A stretch of DNA of 64,000 nt, taken from contig NC_135825.1 in NCBI RefSeq assembly GCF_964213995.1, forward strand, positions 31,930,001-31,994,000. Direction: 5' to 3'. Origin of the DNA: Mustelus asterias. Lineage: Eukaryota. Positions 48,196 through 61,372 of this stretch are shown in pieces (the first letter of the stretch is position 1; each line of letters starts with the position of its first letter). Under the pieces are notes generated by a model. That model was given only the letters and a program-made list of their open reading frames with translations, was not told the origin of the DNA and made no database searches. The translations under genes and the position numbers were made by a program.

Positions 48196-48505
48196 AGGTG
48201 TTGCTGGGCACTGGGCGCTGGCCTGGGCTTGCAAAATCCTACTAACAGTCCTGGTTTGAGACAATTCACACCTCTTTAGCCTGAGATTATCCCTCTCTCC
48301 ACACGTATTGTTTGTACCTGTAGAGAGTTGATTACCTGCAATGGCTCGCATTCCAACCATTATCTTGCAATTGAGTCTCTATCTATATATGCCATGTTTG
48401 TGAATCCACCTCTCCACTCACCTGATGAAGGAGCAGTGCTCCGAAAGCTTGTGACACCAAATAAACCTGTTGGACTTTAACCTGGTGTTGTGAGACTTCT
48501 TAATA
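48196..48505 (+). mobile_element. Penelope-like terminal repeat inserted in the RTE
   Basis: Ends ...aaataaacctgttggactttaacctggtgttgtgagacttct as at 9470-9512; flanking repeat tattctta (48188-48195/48506-48513). Confidence 0.8.
48418..48454 (+). ncRNA. Minimal type I hammerhead ribozyme motif (PLE-associated), intact core
   Basis: tcac-CUGAUGA-a-ggagc agt gctcc-GAAA-gc-UU-gtga; stems I and II fully Watson-Crick paired. Confidence 0.8.
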
Positions 48506-51500
48506 TATTCTTATGGTAGTCTGTTTAGTTTTGGCACAGAAGCAACCGAGGTTCAAGAGATTTCCATCTGGACAGTATTTAATGCTAATGCCAAAGGGCA
48601 GTTGATCTTTGAAGGGGTGAATAACCGATGTGAAGTAAATTGTAAAATGTACGGGGCTATCACACAGCTTTGCTTCACCTCAGTCTAGATTTGTTTCAGA
48701 TCTCTCCTCGCGGCAGTTTCAGTCATACCATCATGAAGCAATTGCAGAGTTGTGGCAAAGGATTTTGTACATCCAAATCTTTTGAGTACAATCCATAGAG
48801 ACTTGCGATTTACTCAGTCAAATGCTTTGGTCAGGTCGATGAATGCAATGAAGTGTTTCTGGTGCTGCTCTCGATGTTATACGAGGATTTGTCTGGCAGC
48901 ATAGATCATGTCAGAGGTTTCTCCGGAAGGGCTAAAGCCACACTGTGTCTCTGAGAGCATTCCCTCAGCCACAGGATTAGGCAATTCAGGAAAACGTGTG
49001 TCAGGATTTTCACTGCTATCAAGAAGAGTAAAATGTCTTTGTAGTTTCCACAGCATGATTTATTGCCCTTCTTGCAGTTACAATTGTCGCATTCTGAAAG
49101 TTGTGTGGGGGTGGAGAGGTTAATGGTAGTGGTGGCGGGGAGTGGTGGCGGAGCTAGTTTTGCTCTCACATCAGTAGGATGAGTGTGTGGAGCCTTGATT
49201 TGAGCAAAAATACTCTATCCCAGCTGGAAAGCCATGGGCTTTGTTGTTTTTCATCTGTTTGATTCGTGTTGCAGCCCTCCCATCAATGGTGGATTCTACC
49301 AGAGGATATTGGGGGAATAACAGGGTGAGTATTAGCTGCCAGTGTGGATTCACGATTGAGGAGTTGTTGAAATTGTTATTTTCAATATTGCCAGATGGCT
49401 TTGTCATCCTTACGAAGAGAATACACACTCCTGTGAGTGAAACAAACTTTGTCTATGTAGGACCTTAGTCTACAGATGATCCTGCTGGTTTCCAATAAGC
49501 TTAGCATGCCATGATGATCAGCACATTGTTTGATCTCTTGGGCTTTCTCTTCCCACCACCTTCTCCTTGTCTTTGTGCAACAGCCTTAAGCTGTTCAAAT
49601 GTTGTCTTCTTGACCTGCGACTTCAGGTTGTTCTGAAAGGAAAGCTACTTGTTTTTGTTCCAGGATGTCACACATTGGAATATCATTTTTGTCAAATTAA
49701 TCCTGGTAATGTCGATGCTCAAATCCAATGGCCTGGACACAGCTGACTTCATTTGATCCCACTCTTCTGGAAATAAATGAAATGCGTGAAGATTTTCCAG
49801 ATTTGTCATGAGCTGCACTTGGAATTCCTATCTGGTTGGGCTGCTTCAGGGCTGAGACATTGATCTTCTTCCGCTGGATGTTTGGGCCTTGCGATGTCTT
49901 GGTGCTATGTGGATGTTCACCATTGACCAAACAAGTCAGTGGTCTGTCTCGCTGATATCAGTCCTCTGCATGGATCGAGCGATACAGATATCACTTAGAT
50001 CTTTGATCCAAACAACGACATATCCAGGAGGAGCCAATGTTTTGATCTAGGATGCCTCCCTGTGTATTAGCCCTTCTGTCAGAAGAGTGTGTTTGTTATA
50101 ATGGGGCCATACTGAGCACACTTTGTCAGCAGGCAGACACCATTTGTGTTGACTTTTTCCACCCCGTTTCTCCCAGTGGTTTCACTCCAGACATTGGAGT
50201 GATGGCTAAACCTGGCAGTAAAATACCACAGAAGGATGACCATTTCTTCTTTTGGGATGGCACTGAGGACTTCATCAATGCCAAAAATAACTTTTCTTTT
50301 ACGTCTTTGCCAGAGTCAAAGTTTGGGGCATAAGCACTGATGGCGGCAGCAAATTGGTTATGACTGAACTGTAGGTGAGATGTCATGAGTCTTTCATTTA
50401 GACAACTGGGGAGTTTTTACATTACATCAAACACCCTATTCTGGATGGCAGAACCAACCCTGTGATACAAGGCTCACTGTCAGCCCTCGCTTCCCATTGG
50501 AAGGTGTATCTCCCTGCTTCTCCATTCAGCTGCCCCTCCCCAGGAAGCCAGATCTCATTGAGGGCAGCGATTTCAATTTAGAGTCTTGATATCTCACGTG
50601 ATGTGACTGCAGTTCTTTCTGGACTTTCACTCTTGAGATTCTCCACACGCGTCTAACATTCCAGTTGTAAAATTTAACCAGAAAGATGATGATTCCACAG
50701 GGTGTCGTTCACCAATCTGGAGAAAGTGAGACTGCCTATATTTAGGCCCCCTTTACTAACCGCCATTGCATTTGAGGTGAACAGAGGCTATCCTGAAGCG
50801 TATTGCTCAGTCACAGATGCTGCTGTCCAAAGACACGTCTGTCCCACACAGGTGACCTTCATGTATCCGACGCTTGTATGCACAGTTTTGACTAGAGACT
50901 CCCAGTTTCACAGCCCTATCCGTGTGGCCAATGCTCCACCACCACAGAACTTTGCAAATGGATCCTGATAGAAGCCTGCACGTGACTCTGTATAACCTGG
51001 GGACTTGGGGTACCATCATTGTCCACGCAATTTAGACAGATTGGTGATCAGATTTCATTGATGTGTCAAATTACCATGTCCAGGACCACCTTGCTGCTTC
51101 AACCATCTTCTCCCTGCAGCGGCTCAGACTCATGGCCGGAGTTTTACCGCCTCGCCCACCCCGAAATCGGGGTGGGCGAGGCTCGTAGAACGGAATTCTC
51201 CGTTGGCCTCAGGTGGGATTTTACAAGCGAGGTCGTAAAATACCACCCATAATCTTCCTTCACCGATTCTGCTTTGAGGACTTTCAGGACTGCACTTTGT
51301 TTGGCCCTTCCCATCCACCTTGCCAAAATGGGTGGCCCAACAGGAACAAGGGGTCCCAATAGTATGACTCAAGGCATCATCAGAGCTCACAAGTCTCTCC
51401 ACCATATCAAGGTGGCGATCCACAGAGAAGCCATTTATATAAAATATACCCTTGCAACTTCTCTAATCTTCAGTTTAAATACCAGAAGGGACATCAAGGC

Positions 51501-52306
51501 AATCTGTATCCTTTTTTCCATATACATTGATAAACCAGAAAGGATTTCTATTAAATACAATGAATGCTTATAGGTGCTAACATTTAGTCCACTTCTGACC
51601 CACTTCAAACTATCTATCTCGCCCAGTTTAAACCAATTGCACTATTGAGTAAATTGAGTAATTCCTAATTGCTAGAAGAAAGTAAGGTGAGTTTTCTTAA
51701 CACATTTATGGTAACATATGTAACACAGTATAGGAGGGATTAGTAATCAAAATCTCCACTGTAGAACTGCAGTCACTCAAAATGAACTGACACATTTGAT
51801 ACTAATATCATTGTGTAAAGACTGAATTTCCTGTTGTGTTGCTCAGAGTGAGTCAGAGGATATGGAAACTCATAGGCGAGACCTTTCTTTAGTATGAAGG
51901 TAAGATGGAGTGGGGAGGGTGAAGTGGGAAGGTGGGGGAAAGCCATTAACGAATGATCACGTCATGTTTATATTTTCCATCATGACTAACAAGTGTTGTA
52001 ATTTTCTCCATGGGATTTATTGAGGAGGTTTTAGATGGCTGCCAACGATATCTAAGAACCCTCAAAAAGAAAGTCTCATCAGCCATTGGTAGGATGTTGA
52101 ATCAGTGGAATTCTGTTGCAAATAATTTAGAAGCTAGCGAGAATCAAGATGAATCACTTGAGTTCAGCTTTGCTATAGCACCGGAGAGTATATTTACACT
52201 CTACCTCTGGGGTTGGTGAAAAGCGCGTTCAGCTTCGTGACGACAGTAAACCGACAGTATAAATCTATGAAGTCAGGGCCTGACACGACTGGAGTGAAGT
52301 TTTTTT

Positions 52307-52604
52307 AAAGTTTATTTATTAGCGTCACAAGTAGGCTGACATTAACACTGCAACGAAGTTACTGTGGAACTCTCTTAGTCACCACGCTCTGGCGCCTGTT
52401 CGGGTACACTGAGGGAGAATTTAGCATGGCCAATGCACCTAACCAGCACGTCTTTCGCACTGTGGGAGGAAACTGGAGCTCCCAGAGGAAACCCATGCCT
52501 ATTCGGGGAGAACGCGCAGACTCTGCCCGTGACCCAAGCCGGGAATCAAACCCAGGCCTCTGGTGCTGTGAGACAGCAGTGCTAACCACTGTGCCACCGT
52601 GCCG
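52307..52604 (-). mobile_element. V-SINE with alternative (Rex1-like) tail
   Basis: Same structure as 15020-15315. Confidence 0.85.
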
Positions 52605-55227
52605 TGAATAACATTCCCTGAAGGATGCACACACCCACTGCTTCAGCTGAAATTACATGGAGCACAAATCCAGTTTGAGGTCATACCTGATTTGCATCAT
52701 TGTTTTTTTTTCGAGGAGAGTAGACATTCTCAACGCCCTGCTGATCAAATATTTAAATGTTTAACTTTTGGCTGTCACACACAGATCACCCACCTAAACA
52801 GGCAGTTAAAATTCCAGTCAGGAGTCAAGGAATGTGATCAGGTTCTGCCTGTCTGGACTGCAATTACTGCTGTCATGTTATAAGCCTGTTTAGTTATGTA
52901 GCCTGAGGAGTGTGGAGTGAGAACTTGGGTGTGGTCCTAAATATTTGCAAGGTACTGACATGCATGTTTGATGTACAGTAGGACACTTAGACCTGAATGT
53001 TACGTTCTCCCACTGTTGGGCTTCAGGCAAGAAGGGAACATAAAACAGAAGGGAGGGAATTGTTAAGGGCCATTTCCCACCTAGCCTCAAGTTTTAGCCT
53101 GGAGGCAGGACTTACCTGGTTTGGGGCAGTCCCAAAAATGAATGGCCTCAGGACTCGGGAGGGAGGGTGAGTGGGGGGCCTCCATCAGAAGACCCCTTCT
53201 GACTTTGGGTGCCCCACTCGCTTAAGATCCACTGGCCTCTCCCTGACACCCTGCTTTCCTCACCACAAGACCTTTCCAACCTCCCTCCCACCCCTGCCCC
53301 CATTGTGGAGGTCCAGAAACCTACCTGGTCGTTCAGTCCCAGGACTTAGGCTCAGGCATCTTCTGGAATTTCCTCTTCTGATCAGATTAGCTGGCAGCTC
53401 TCGAGGGTGGAACTTCCAACCGAGTGAGGGACGGCAATCCCACCTGCAGCCAATTGGCATTCATTCGAGCGTAAAATGGCTGCAGGGTGGTCAAGAATCA
53501 GCGGGGGGCGGGGGGGGGGGGGGGGTGGGGGGGATGGGCGGAGGATCCCTGCCAACTCTTCAAATGGTGAGAAAGGAAACCCCACCATCCAAAATACTCA
53601 GGTCTAAGTGTCGGTAAGGACACTGAGGGCCAGTAACGATATAGGCATAATTATCCAAAACGTATTATAATGAGAAACAAATCAAACAATGGAAATGTAG
53701 GAAAAGAGAAGAAAGCAATGTCTCGTACTGTGAGAAAGGGAAGACATGGAATGACAATAGTAATTTTTAGGTATTCGAACATGGGATGTGCAGGTTTATT
53801 GTTAAGCTTTGTTTTTGCAAGTATTTCATTCTTTACAATGATGAAATTAACTTCACAGAACTTACAAAAATATGAAAAAGGAACAGGAGTAGACTACTGG
53901 CCCCTCATGCCTGCTCCGCCATTAATTAAGATCATGGCTGATTTGATTTTAACCTCAACTTTACATGGTTTATCATGCTAACAGTAACTTTTACAATTTT
54001 AATCTCTGCCCTTTCTCTCTACTCCTGTTCCTCCTTTTCAAATACATTTCCAATTTCTCTTCAAATACTGGGCAAAACTTTCCCTAAGTTGCTGGATCAG
54101 GTGAGAAAAGCAATGTGAAACTCGCTGGTTACACAGCTGCCTTTTTGCCACCTGATCAAAGAGCACTGTGTGCAATTTCAACGTGCTGGCGAGGATGACA
54201 CAGCCATCTTGGGTGTTGATGCCTAAACTCGCTAGGATTCTGAGATCAGGACACTCTTTTTAAAGAGCACCCGATCTCAAAGTAAATTGAAAGGCCCCCC
54301 CTACTCCAGAACATCCGGGACTCTTCTGAACATGGTGATCATTCCCAACACTTGCTCACAGAAGGGCAACCCCCACTCCCTGCCCACATCACGCATGCCT
54401 CCCTCCCCTCCTCTGCTGGCATCGCGGCACCCTCCTCTCACAGTCTCTGTTTCCCCCCCAGCCCCAATTGAGACACTAGACCCCCGCCCCGTCATCCCTT
54501 GCACCCCCCCCATATGTAAAGGGATAAAAAAGGAACCGCCCGCCCCCCAATGGTGCACCACTGAGGGTCCACCCCTGGCATTGCCAACATGTCCCTTACC
54601 ACCAGGGGGCTATGATCACCTCCGCGCCCCCAGCATGGCCATCATGACTGGTTTCTGTTTTTGAAAAGCAGCCATCGGGAACATCTTACACCCCTAGAAG
54701 CAACGGTGTTAAGCTGTTTAATAATATGATGGTGCATTCAAATTCATGGAAGTCTGATTGCGCCACTGGGGAGGCGGAGAAGATGTCAAACTGATATCAG
54801 GCCACAAGTCCAATTATGGCCCTCACAGGAGATTTAACGGAATTTATACCTGCGGTGAATCACGCCCACAGTAACAGCTACCTCAAAAACCAGATGATAT
54901 GCTGAAATTAACATGTGGATTCTATGGTTCTATGATTCTATGGTTCTAAAACAAAAGTTATTTTCACTTCTTCCTTAATTCCTCTAGTGACAAGCCCATG
55001 CCTCCTTGGCACTGACTGGCCAATCAGTGAAAGCAATTGCTCACTCTGTACAGTTTTGTCTCAACACCGTTTGAAATTCCTTATAGATTCCTACTTCATC
55101 TCTGTTCCTGTGAAAATGGCCAGTTTTTCAAGTCTTTCTTCATAACCAGAAGCCTGTCATTCTTGGCATTATTTTGCTGACTGTTTTAAGTCACAGAATT
55201 TATTTGTTGGTTGGGACAAGAAATAAT

Positions 55228-55989
55228 GGGCGCGATTCTCCCTTCGTGATCCGCAACTTTTCTGTCCCCCAGGGGGTTGGGCGGTGGGAGGGTGGTGCCC
55301 CCTGGGCATGAGCACCCTGGCAGTGCCAGCCTGTGCCCCCTGGCACTGTCTAAGGGGTAAAGTGCCCATGTGTGCACCTTAGCACTGCCCACCGGGCATC
55401 GGGCAGTGCCAAGGGGTGGGGGGCCTATTGTGGGTGAGGCCTAGAGGGCGAACAGTGGGTATGAGGGTCCTGCTGCCACTCTGCAGACCGGAGGGATGGA
55501 GGGAGGGCAGTGATTGGGGTGGGGTGAGAGGGTGGTCTGCCGGGGGAGGGGGGGCCTGCCTCTTGGTGGGGGGGGGTCTGACCCCAGGAGGGGTCGGGAG
55601 GGGGGGTCTGCTGGAGTGAGGAGGTGGTGGGATCGCCACTGCAGGGATGGGAGGGAGGATGTGCATCGGGACACTCCGGGACGGGAGGCGGGGGGTCAGG
55701 GGCTGCGATCAGGTTGGGGGGGGGGGGGGGCTGGAGGGGCAGCACTGCGGTGGTCCCGGGCTGGCCAGCAAACGGGGAGTCTGACAGGTCTGTGCATGCG
55801 CAAAGTTCCAGAACTGTCAAACTCCGGCGCGAATAGGCCCCGCCCCCCCTGGGTTTTTAATGAGATTCATGGCTGGGACCTCTGCAGTGCACAGAGTGCG
55901 GAGATTCAGGTGAGAAGCTGAACTGACAAAACAGTCGGGATTTAGAACAATTTTCCCACCAATTCAGCACTTTTGGGAGAATTGTGGCC
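55228..55989. mobile_element. Non-autonomous Harbinger-type element
   Basis: TIRs gggcgcgattctccc / gggagaattgtggcc; TSD AAT; homologous to 869-1633. Confidence 0.75.
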
Positions 55990-56825
55990 AATATTGCTGA
56001 TAAAACCCAGGAGAATTGGGTGTTTTAATTTTCTGAAGGCTCACTGGGAAATGAGACAGTCACGTGTTCTCTGTCTGAAGGCAGGCTCTTGGCACATCAT
56101 CTGCTGATACTTCATCCTGGCAGTGCTAGCTTGTCTTCCACTCTCAGGGGAAAGGGTGAGGGTGATCCCAAGTCTACCACAGCTGGAACAGCAATCAAAC
56201 CTGCACTGTTGATGTCATTCTAAACAATATGCTTGCTATCTTGCTGAAAGGGCTAACTAGCCCTCTAAATGCGAATGTATTCCAGATACTTCCATAGCCT
56301 AAAATATTATCAAGCGCCTCTAATGTCTATTAGATGTAAGGTATATAGATGCAAGGCAAATAGTTCTTTGAGCTATTCAGGGGAAGAGATTTGTTCATGT
56401 GGCGCTACTTCTATTGAGTCCCCGAGGGCCATGATCTACGTACTATTCCTTGATGATATCAATGAAGGATGCTACATGGCCCAGAGTACTGATCAGTGGT
56501 AGTGCCTACTCCAAAGATATCAATGTCAGTCTCCATAATGCCATTAGAAGCAACACTATGTGAACATATTAAAAACTGCTTCAAATTAAAATCAGTGGCC
56601 AGAACTCGCCGACCGTTCACGCTTATGGGGTTTTCCATCCCGCCGACGGAGCAACCCCACTATGGGTTTCCAGGCGATGAGGGGTGCATTCAATGGGAAA
56701 CTCTATTGACAGCAGCAGAACTAGAAGATCCTGCTGCCGGCCAATGCCAGGCCGCTTCTGCCACCGCGAAACATAAGGCAGATTGCATGGAAAATCCTAC
56801 CCAAGCTGTGTTCACGCAACTTAAC

Positions 56826-57105
56826 GAAGAACAATACAGCGCATGAACAGGACCTTCGGCCCACCAGGCCTGTGCCAATACATGCTTTCTATCCCTCTGT
56901 TTGCTCCCCATTCATGTGTCTATCAAGGTACCCCTTGAAAGTTGCTAATGTGCCTGCTTCCATCACCTCTACTGGCAGTGCGTTCCAGGCACCCACCACC
57001 TTCTGTGTGAAAAGATTTCCCCGCATATCTCCCCTAAACTTAACACCTCTCACCTTAAACCAGTGCCCTCTTGTAGTTGACTCTTCCACCCTGGGAAAAA
57101 GCCTC
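56826..57105 (-). mobile_element. CR1 3' fragment
   Basis: TRGH.FKVRG...FTQKVVGAWNALP motif. Confidence 0.88.
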
Positions 57106-57680
57106 TTTGGAATTTCTTGTCCAGTAAATTATCTATAGCAACAACAGTTTGTTCTTGTGTAGCAATTTTTAGCGCAGTGAATTATCCCAAGGTACATCGC
57201 AGCAGTGTTAACAAACAAAACTGAGCCAAATATAACGATGTTAGGAAAGCTGACCAAAAGCATGGACAAAATGGGAGATTTTAAGGAGCGGATGAAAAGA
57301 GGCAAGAGTGGCAAAGAGGTGAAGAGGTTTTGGAGAGGGAATTCCAGATCTTAGGGTCTAGGCAGGAACTGTGTATTTCTGAATCAGTAACTGTCAGCAT
57401 TTCACACCTCTTGGTGCAGTGGACCAAGAACACACCTCTATTTGGACCAGGACAAAGTTTTTGTTCAATCCAGGTCAAGTAACAATGGATTATTGGGTCA
57501 GTGAAAAGATGAATTAGAATTGAATGAGGAAAAAAAAATCATTGCTAGTTCATAATGATCTTTTGTTCTCTGATTTCAAAAGAAAGAAATAACCTATGCT
57601 TTTGTCCAATTTTCTCTCATTTCCTGAAGGTGGCCACTTGCTTAATGTTTGTTACTGTCTGCCTGCCATCTTCCCTAAGT

Positions 57681-58470
57681 GATGTGGGCAATGCTGGCAA
57701 GCCAGTATTTGTTGCCCATCCTTACTTGCCTTTAAGAAAGTGATGGTGAGCCACTTCAATGAGAATTCAGAGTGGACCAGTTAATGTGGCGGATCTGACA
57801 AATGAATTGCCTGAGCCTCACAAACTCGTGCAGGCAGAGACTGGCTCGTAGAGTCATAGAGATTTACAGCATGGAAACAGGCCCTTCGGCCCAACTTGTC
57901 CATGCCACCCTTTTTTTTAACGACTAAGCTAGTCCCAATTGCCCGCACTTGGCCCATATCTCTCTATACCCATCTGCAACTGTCTAAATGCTTTTTAAAA
58001 GACAAAATTGTACCCGCTTCTACTACTACCTCTGGCAGCTTGTTCCAGACACTCACCACCCTCTGTGTGAAAAAATTGCCCCTCTGGACACTTTTGTATC
58101 TCTCCACTTGTCAGCCCAAGCCTGAATGATGTCCAGGTCTTAATTCATATGGTGATGGACTGCTTCGTTAGGGATTGCGAATGCTGCTGAACTTGTTCGA
58201 TCATCAGTAAACATCCCCACTGTCTCCTTATGATGGAGGGAAGGTCATTGATGAAGCAACTGAAGATGTTTGGGCCTTGGACACGCCCCTGATGTGCTCC
58301 CGCAATGCTGCCGTGGTACTAAGAGGATTGACTTCCAACAAGCGCAACCATCTTCCTTTGTGCCAGATGTGACTGATTCCCATTGACTTCAACTTTGCTA
58401 GGGCTGCTTGATGCCACCCTGGGACAAGTGCCTTGATGTAAAGGGCAGTCATTCTCTCTGCCCTGACTTG
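57681..58470 (-). mobile_element. L2-like fragments with a nested CR1 3' end (57849-58110)
   Basis: LYIKAL..WHQ..LAKLKSMGI RT-like peptide; CR1 tail in between. Confidence 0.65.
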
Positions 58471-59387
58471 TCAGATGGAGGTGGGACCAACGCCTCCACA
58501 TTGAATCCCGGCTGACATTTCTGTAACAGTGTTCCCTTTCTTTTCTCAGTCAGGATCTTGACTGTGGCTGGGCAATGTCATCCCACTTCATTCGAACTCT
58601 CCGGATTCTTCAGATTTTTTGGCTTGCTGCCTTATCTTCATCTTAATAAGTGAAGCAGAAATGAATAAAACATGGGCCACCATTGCAGAGTTCTATTGCT
58701 GTGTAGATATCCTACCACATTAACCAAAATGCAATTTTAACAACTGAAAGATCCATTATTCTTGGGAGCGAATTGCAAACAAAAACACAATTGTGAAAGA
58801 ATGCTTGAAATCAACATTTTAGTGTCTGAGACCTGTGGACCTCTTTAAATCTCCTCCTTAAAACATTTTGCTCCATGTGTTTCATATGGGACCAAATAAT
58901 GAATAATTGAATAAATATGTCCACTAGGCCACGTGGCATCCTATAAAAGTACAAAACATTTCTGTGGAGATGCTGTCAGTTCTGTTCAGCCGATGTTTTT
59001 ATCTTAACCAAATGCCTTCTTATTATCAATAGTTTATTACCAAGGGATACATAAGCAACCCATATGAACGTTTTGAGAAAGAGGCAGAGATTTGCTTATG
59101 GTGGACATGACAGAATAACAAGATTTGGAAATGAACAAAAATGTGTGATCAGGGAGCTCTCAAATATGATCACCGAATATCTGGTAGTGCAGAACTTGAA
59201 TATTGCTGAAACCAATAACAGAATTGTTAGAGTGCAGAAGGAGGCCATTTGGCCCATCGCATCTGCACCAGAGAAACATGCTGTCGAAGCATTTCACCTT
59301 GCCTTCGTGATGAATACAAAACAACAAGCTTCAGCAGTATGTTTCTCTTTTTAGTAACATCTGGCAGTATTTTGACCAGTACTTTCG

Positions 59388-59715
59388 GGGCGGCACGGTA
59401 GCACAGTGGTTAGCACTGCTGCTTCACAGCTCCAGGGTCCCGGGTTCGATTCCCGGCTTGGGTCACTGTCTGTGTGGAGTTTGCACATTCTCCTCGTGTC
59501 TGCGTGGGTTTCCTCCGGGTGCTCCGGTTTCCTCCCACAGTCCAAAGATGTGCGGGTTAGGTTGATTGGCCATGCTAAAATTGCCCCTTAGTGTCCTGGG
59601 ATGTGGGGATTAGCGGGAGGGATATGGGGGTAGGGCCTGGGTGGGATTGTGGTTGGTGCAGACTCGATGGGCCGAATGGCCTCTTTCTGTACTGTAAGGT
59701 TTCTATGATTCTATA
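59388..59715 (+). mobile_element. Full-length HE1-type V-SINE
   Basis: Very similar to 28328-28660. Confidence 0.92.
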
Positions 59716-60119
59716 CTGGATTGTTGTCACATTTAATTTAAAAAGTAAATGGTAATATACAGCAAGGTTGAAAGGCAGACAACATTTGGTGATGGCTCGG
59801 GGAGCCTTGCATATCAGAAAGGCCTGATTGCTTAAATAGCCTGACCTCTGCTGTTTTCTAATCTGAACATCGATTTTTCATAGGAAAGGCCATTTTCTTG
59901 CCCATTTCTCTTATTTCGCATTGTCCCCTGTCCAATTAGAGCAGATTTATTTGAATTGGGTTAGTTTCCACTTTCTTTTTAAGAGAATTTTTGATAACCT
60001 TCTGGAACTGAGGTAATGGTATTTGCCTCGCCCGGGCCTGATGTGCCCACTGGTTGATTTTTCTTGTGATTTAATAAGTTTGGAAAATGTTGATGATTAG
60101 TTAGGTTGCAAAAATGATA

Positions 60120-60500
60120 ATGGAAAGAAAGAAAAAGACTTGCATTTATACAATGCTTTCCATGACCCCTGGACATCTCGAAGTGTTTCACAACTAATGA
60201 AGTAATTCTGAAGTGTTGTCACTGATGTAGTGTAGAAAATGCGGCAGCTAATTTGTACAGAGCAAGCTTCGGCAAACAACATTGCGATAATGAGTGGGTA
60301 ATTTGTTTTTGTGACTCTGATCATGGGAGACAAATTGACCAGGACATGAGGTGGGGCTTCGGTTTCACATCTCATCCGAAAGACTCTGATAGTGCAGCTC
60401 TCTCTCAGTACTGCTTTGGAATGTAGGCCTTGGTTGTTGTACTCAAGCCCTGGTGTGCAACTTGAACCCGGAACCATGTGACTTAGAGGGGACAGAGGGA
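60120..60500 (-). mobile_element. Deu-domain (SacSINE1-like) SINE
   Basis: Deu-like core gttgtcactg...gcggcagctaatttg.acagagcaagc; B-box-like ggttcaag on the minus strand. Confidence 0.65.
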
Positions 60501-60744
60501 CGCCATCTTCTTTTTCTTGCAATGTAGAAAAATAATAGCAGGTCCCAAAGCAGGTAAATAGACTATTATTTTGTGGAGGAGCAGGGGAATTTGGACTTTG
60601 GGTTTAAAAGCTAATGAAATGCTAGGTTTTATGGCAAAGGCTAAGGAAGATAAATTTGAGGGTGCTTCACCTGCATGATTTTAACCATCGGCACTCAAGT
60701 GACGAAGTCCAACCTTCCTGAATTTTGGCCCTTTGATTGCATTA

Positions 60745-61130
60745 AATTTTTTTTGGTTATTCGAGAGACGTAAGTGACGCTGGCTGAGCTAGCCAGCATT
60801 TGTTGCCCATCTCTTTGAACTGGCTGATTTGCTAGGCCATTTCAGAAGGCCTTTAAGAGTCAAGCATATTGCTGTGGGTCTGGAGTCACATGTGGGCCAG
60901 ACCGGGTAAGTGCAGCAGAGTTCCTTTCCTAAAGGACATTTGAGACCCAGTTGGGTTTTTACAACAATCAGTAGTGATTTCATGGTCATCATAAGATTTC
61001 TAATTCAGGATTTTTATTGAATTCAAATTTCACCATCTGTTGTGGTGGGATTCGAACACAGGTCCCCAGAGCAATAGCCTGAGTCTCTTGATTACTAGCC
61101 CAGTGACAATACCACTACACCACTGCCTCC
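60745..61130 (-). mobile_element. tRNA-derived SINE with L2-like tail
   Basis: Same family as 41778-42130. Confidence 0.78.
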
Positions 61131-61242
61131 ACAGTGGATGGTTTAGATGGTGGAGGAATTTGATCAGAGGATTCTGGAAGAGGAATGAATGGACCTCAGA
61201 GTCCATTATTGGCATTCAGTGAAGTGTCTGGTAAGGGGATTA

Positions 61243-61372
61243 CATGATGTGGAGATGCCGGCGTTGGATTGGGGTGGGCACAGTAAGAAGTCTCACAACA
61301 CCAGGTTAAAGTCCAACAAGTTTATTTGGAATCACGAGCTTTCGGAGCGCTGCTCCTTCATGAGGTGAGTGG
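61243..61372 (-). mobile_element. Penelope-like terminal repeat fragment with a mutated hammerhead (61332-61368)
   Basis: Reverse complement of the 9423-9553 segment; the core reads CUCAUGA. Confidence 0.8.

Larger units (their letters stand above)
46245..51430 (-). mobile_element. Near full-length degenerate RTE-clade LINE with nested insertions
   Basis: Minus strand in order: RTE-type 5' UTR, endonuclease (WNVR, SAYAP), RT (AFIDLTKAFD, QFADD, FPSLGSHLS), C-terminus (MYRAVIATTLL..SES.TV; QILYSQL...GRQRK.FK). Many stops and frameshifts. Confidence 0.85.

Noticed and set aside
50960-51050. Twister-like ggtaccccaagtccc on the minus strand
   Set aside because: The P1/P2 stems and pseudoknot partners could not be assembled.
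51340-51400. CUGAUGA on the minus strand of the RTE 5' UTR as another hammerhead
   Set aside because: No GAAA at the required position after a stem II.
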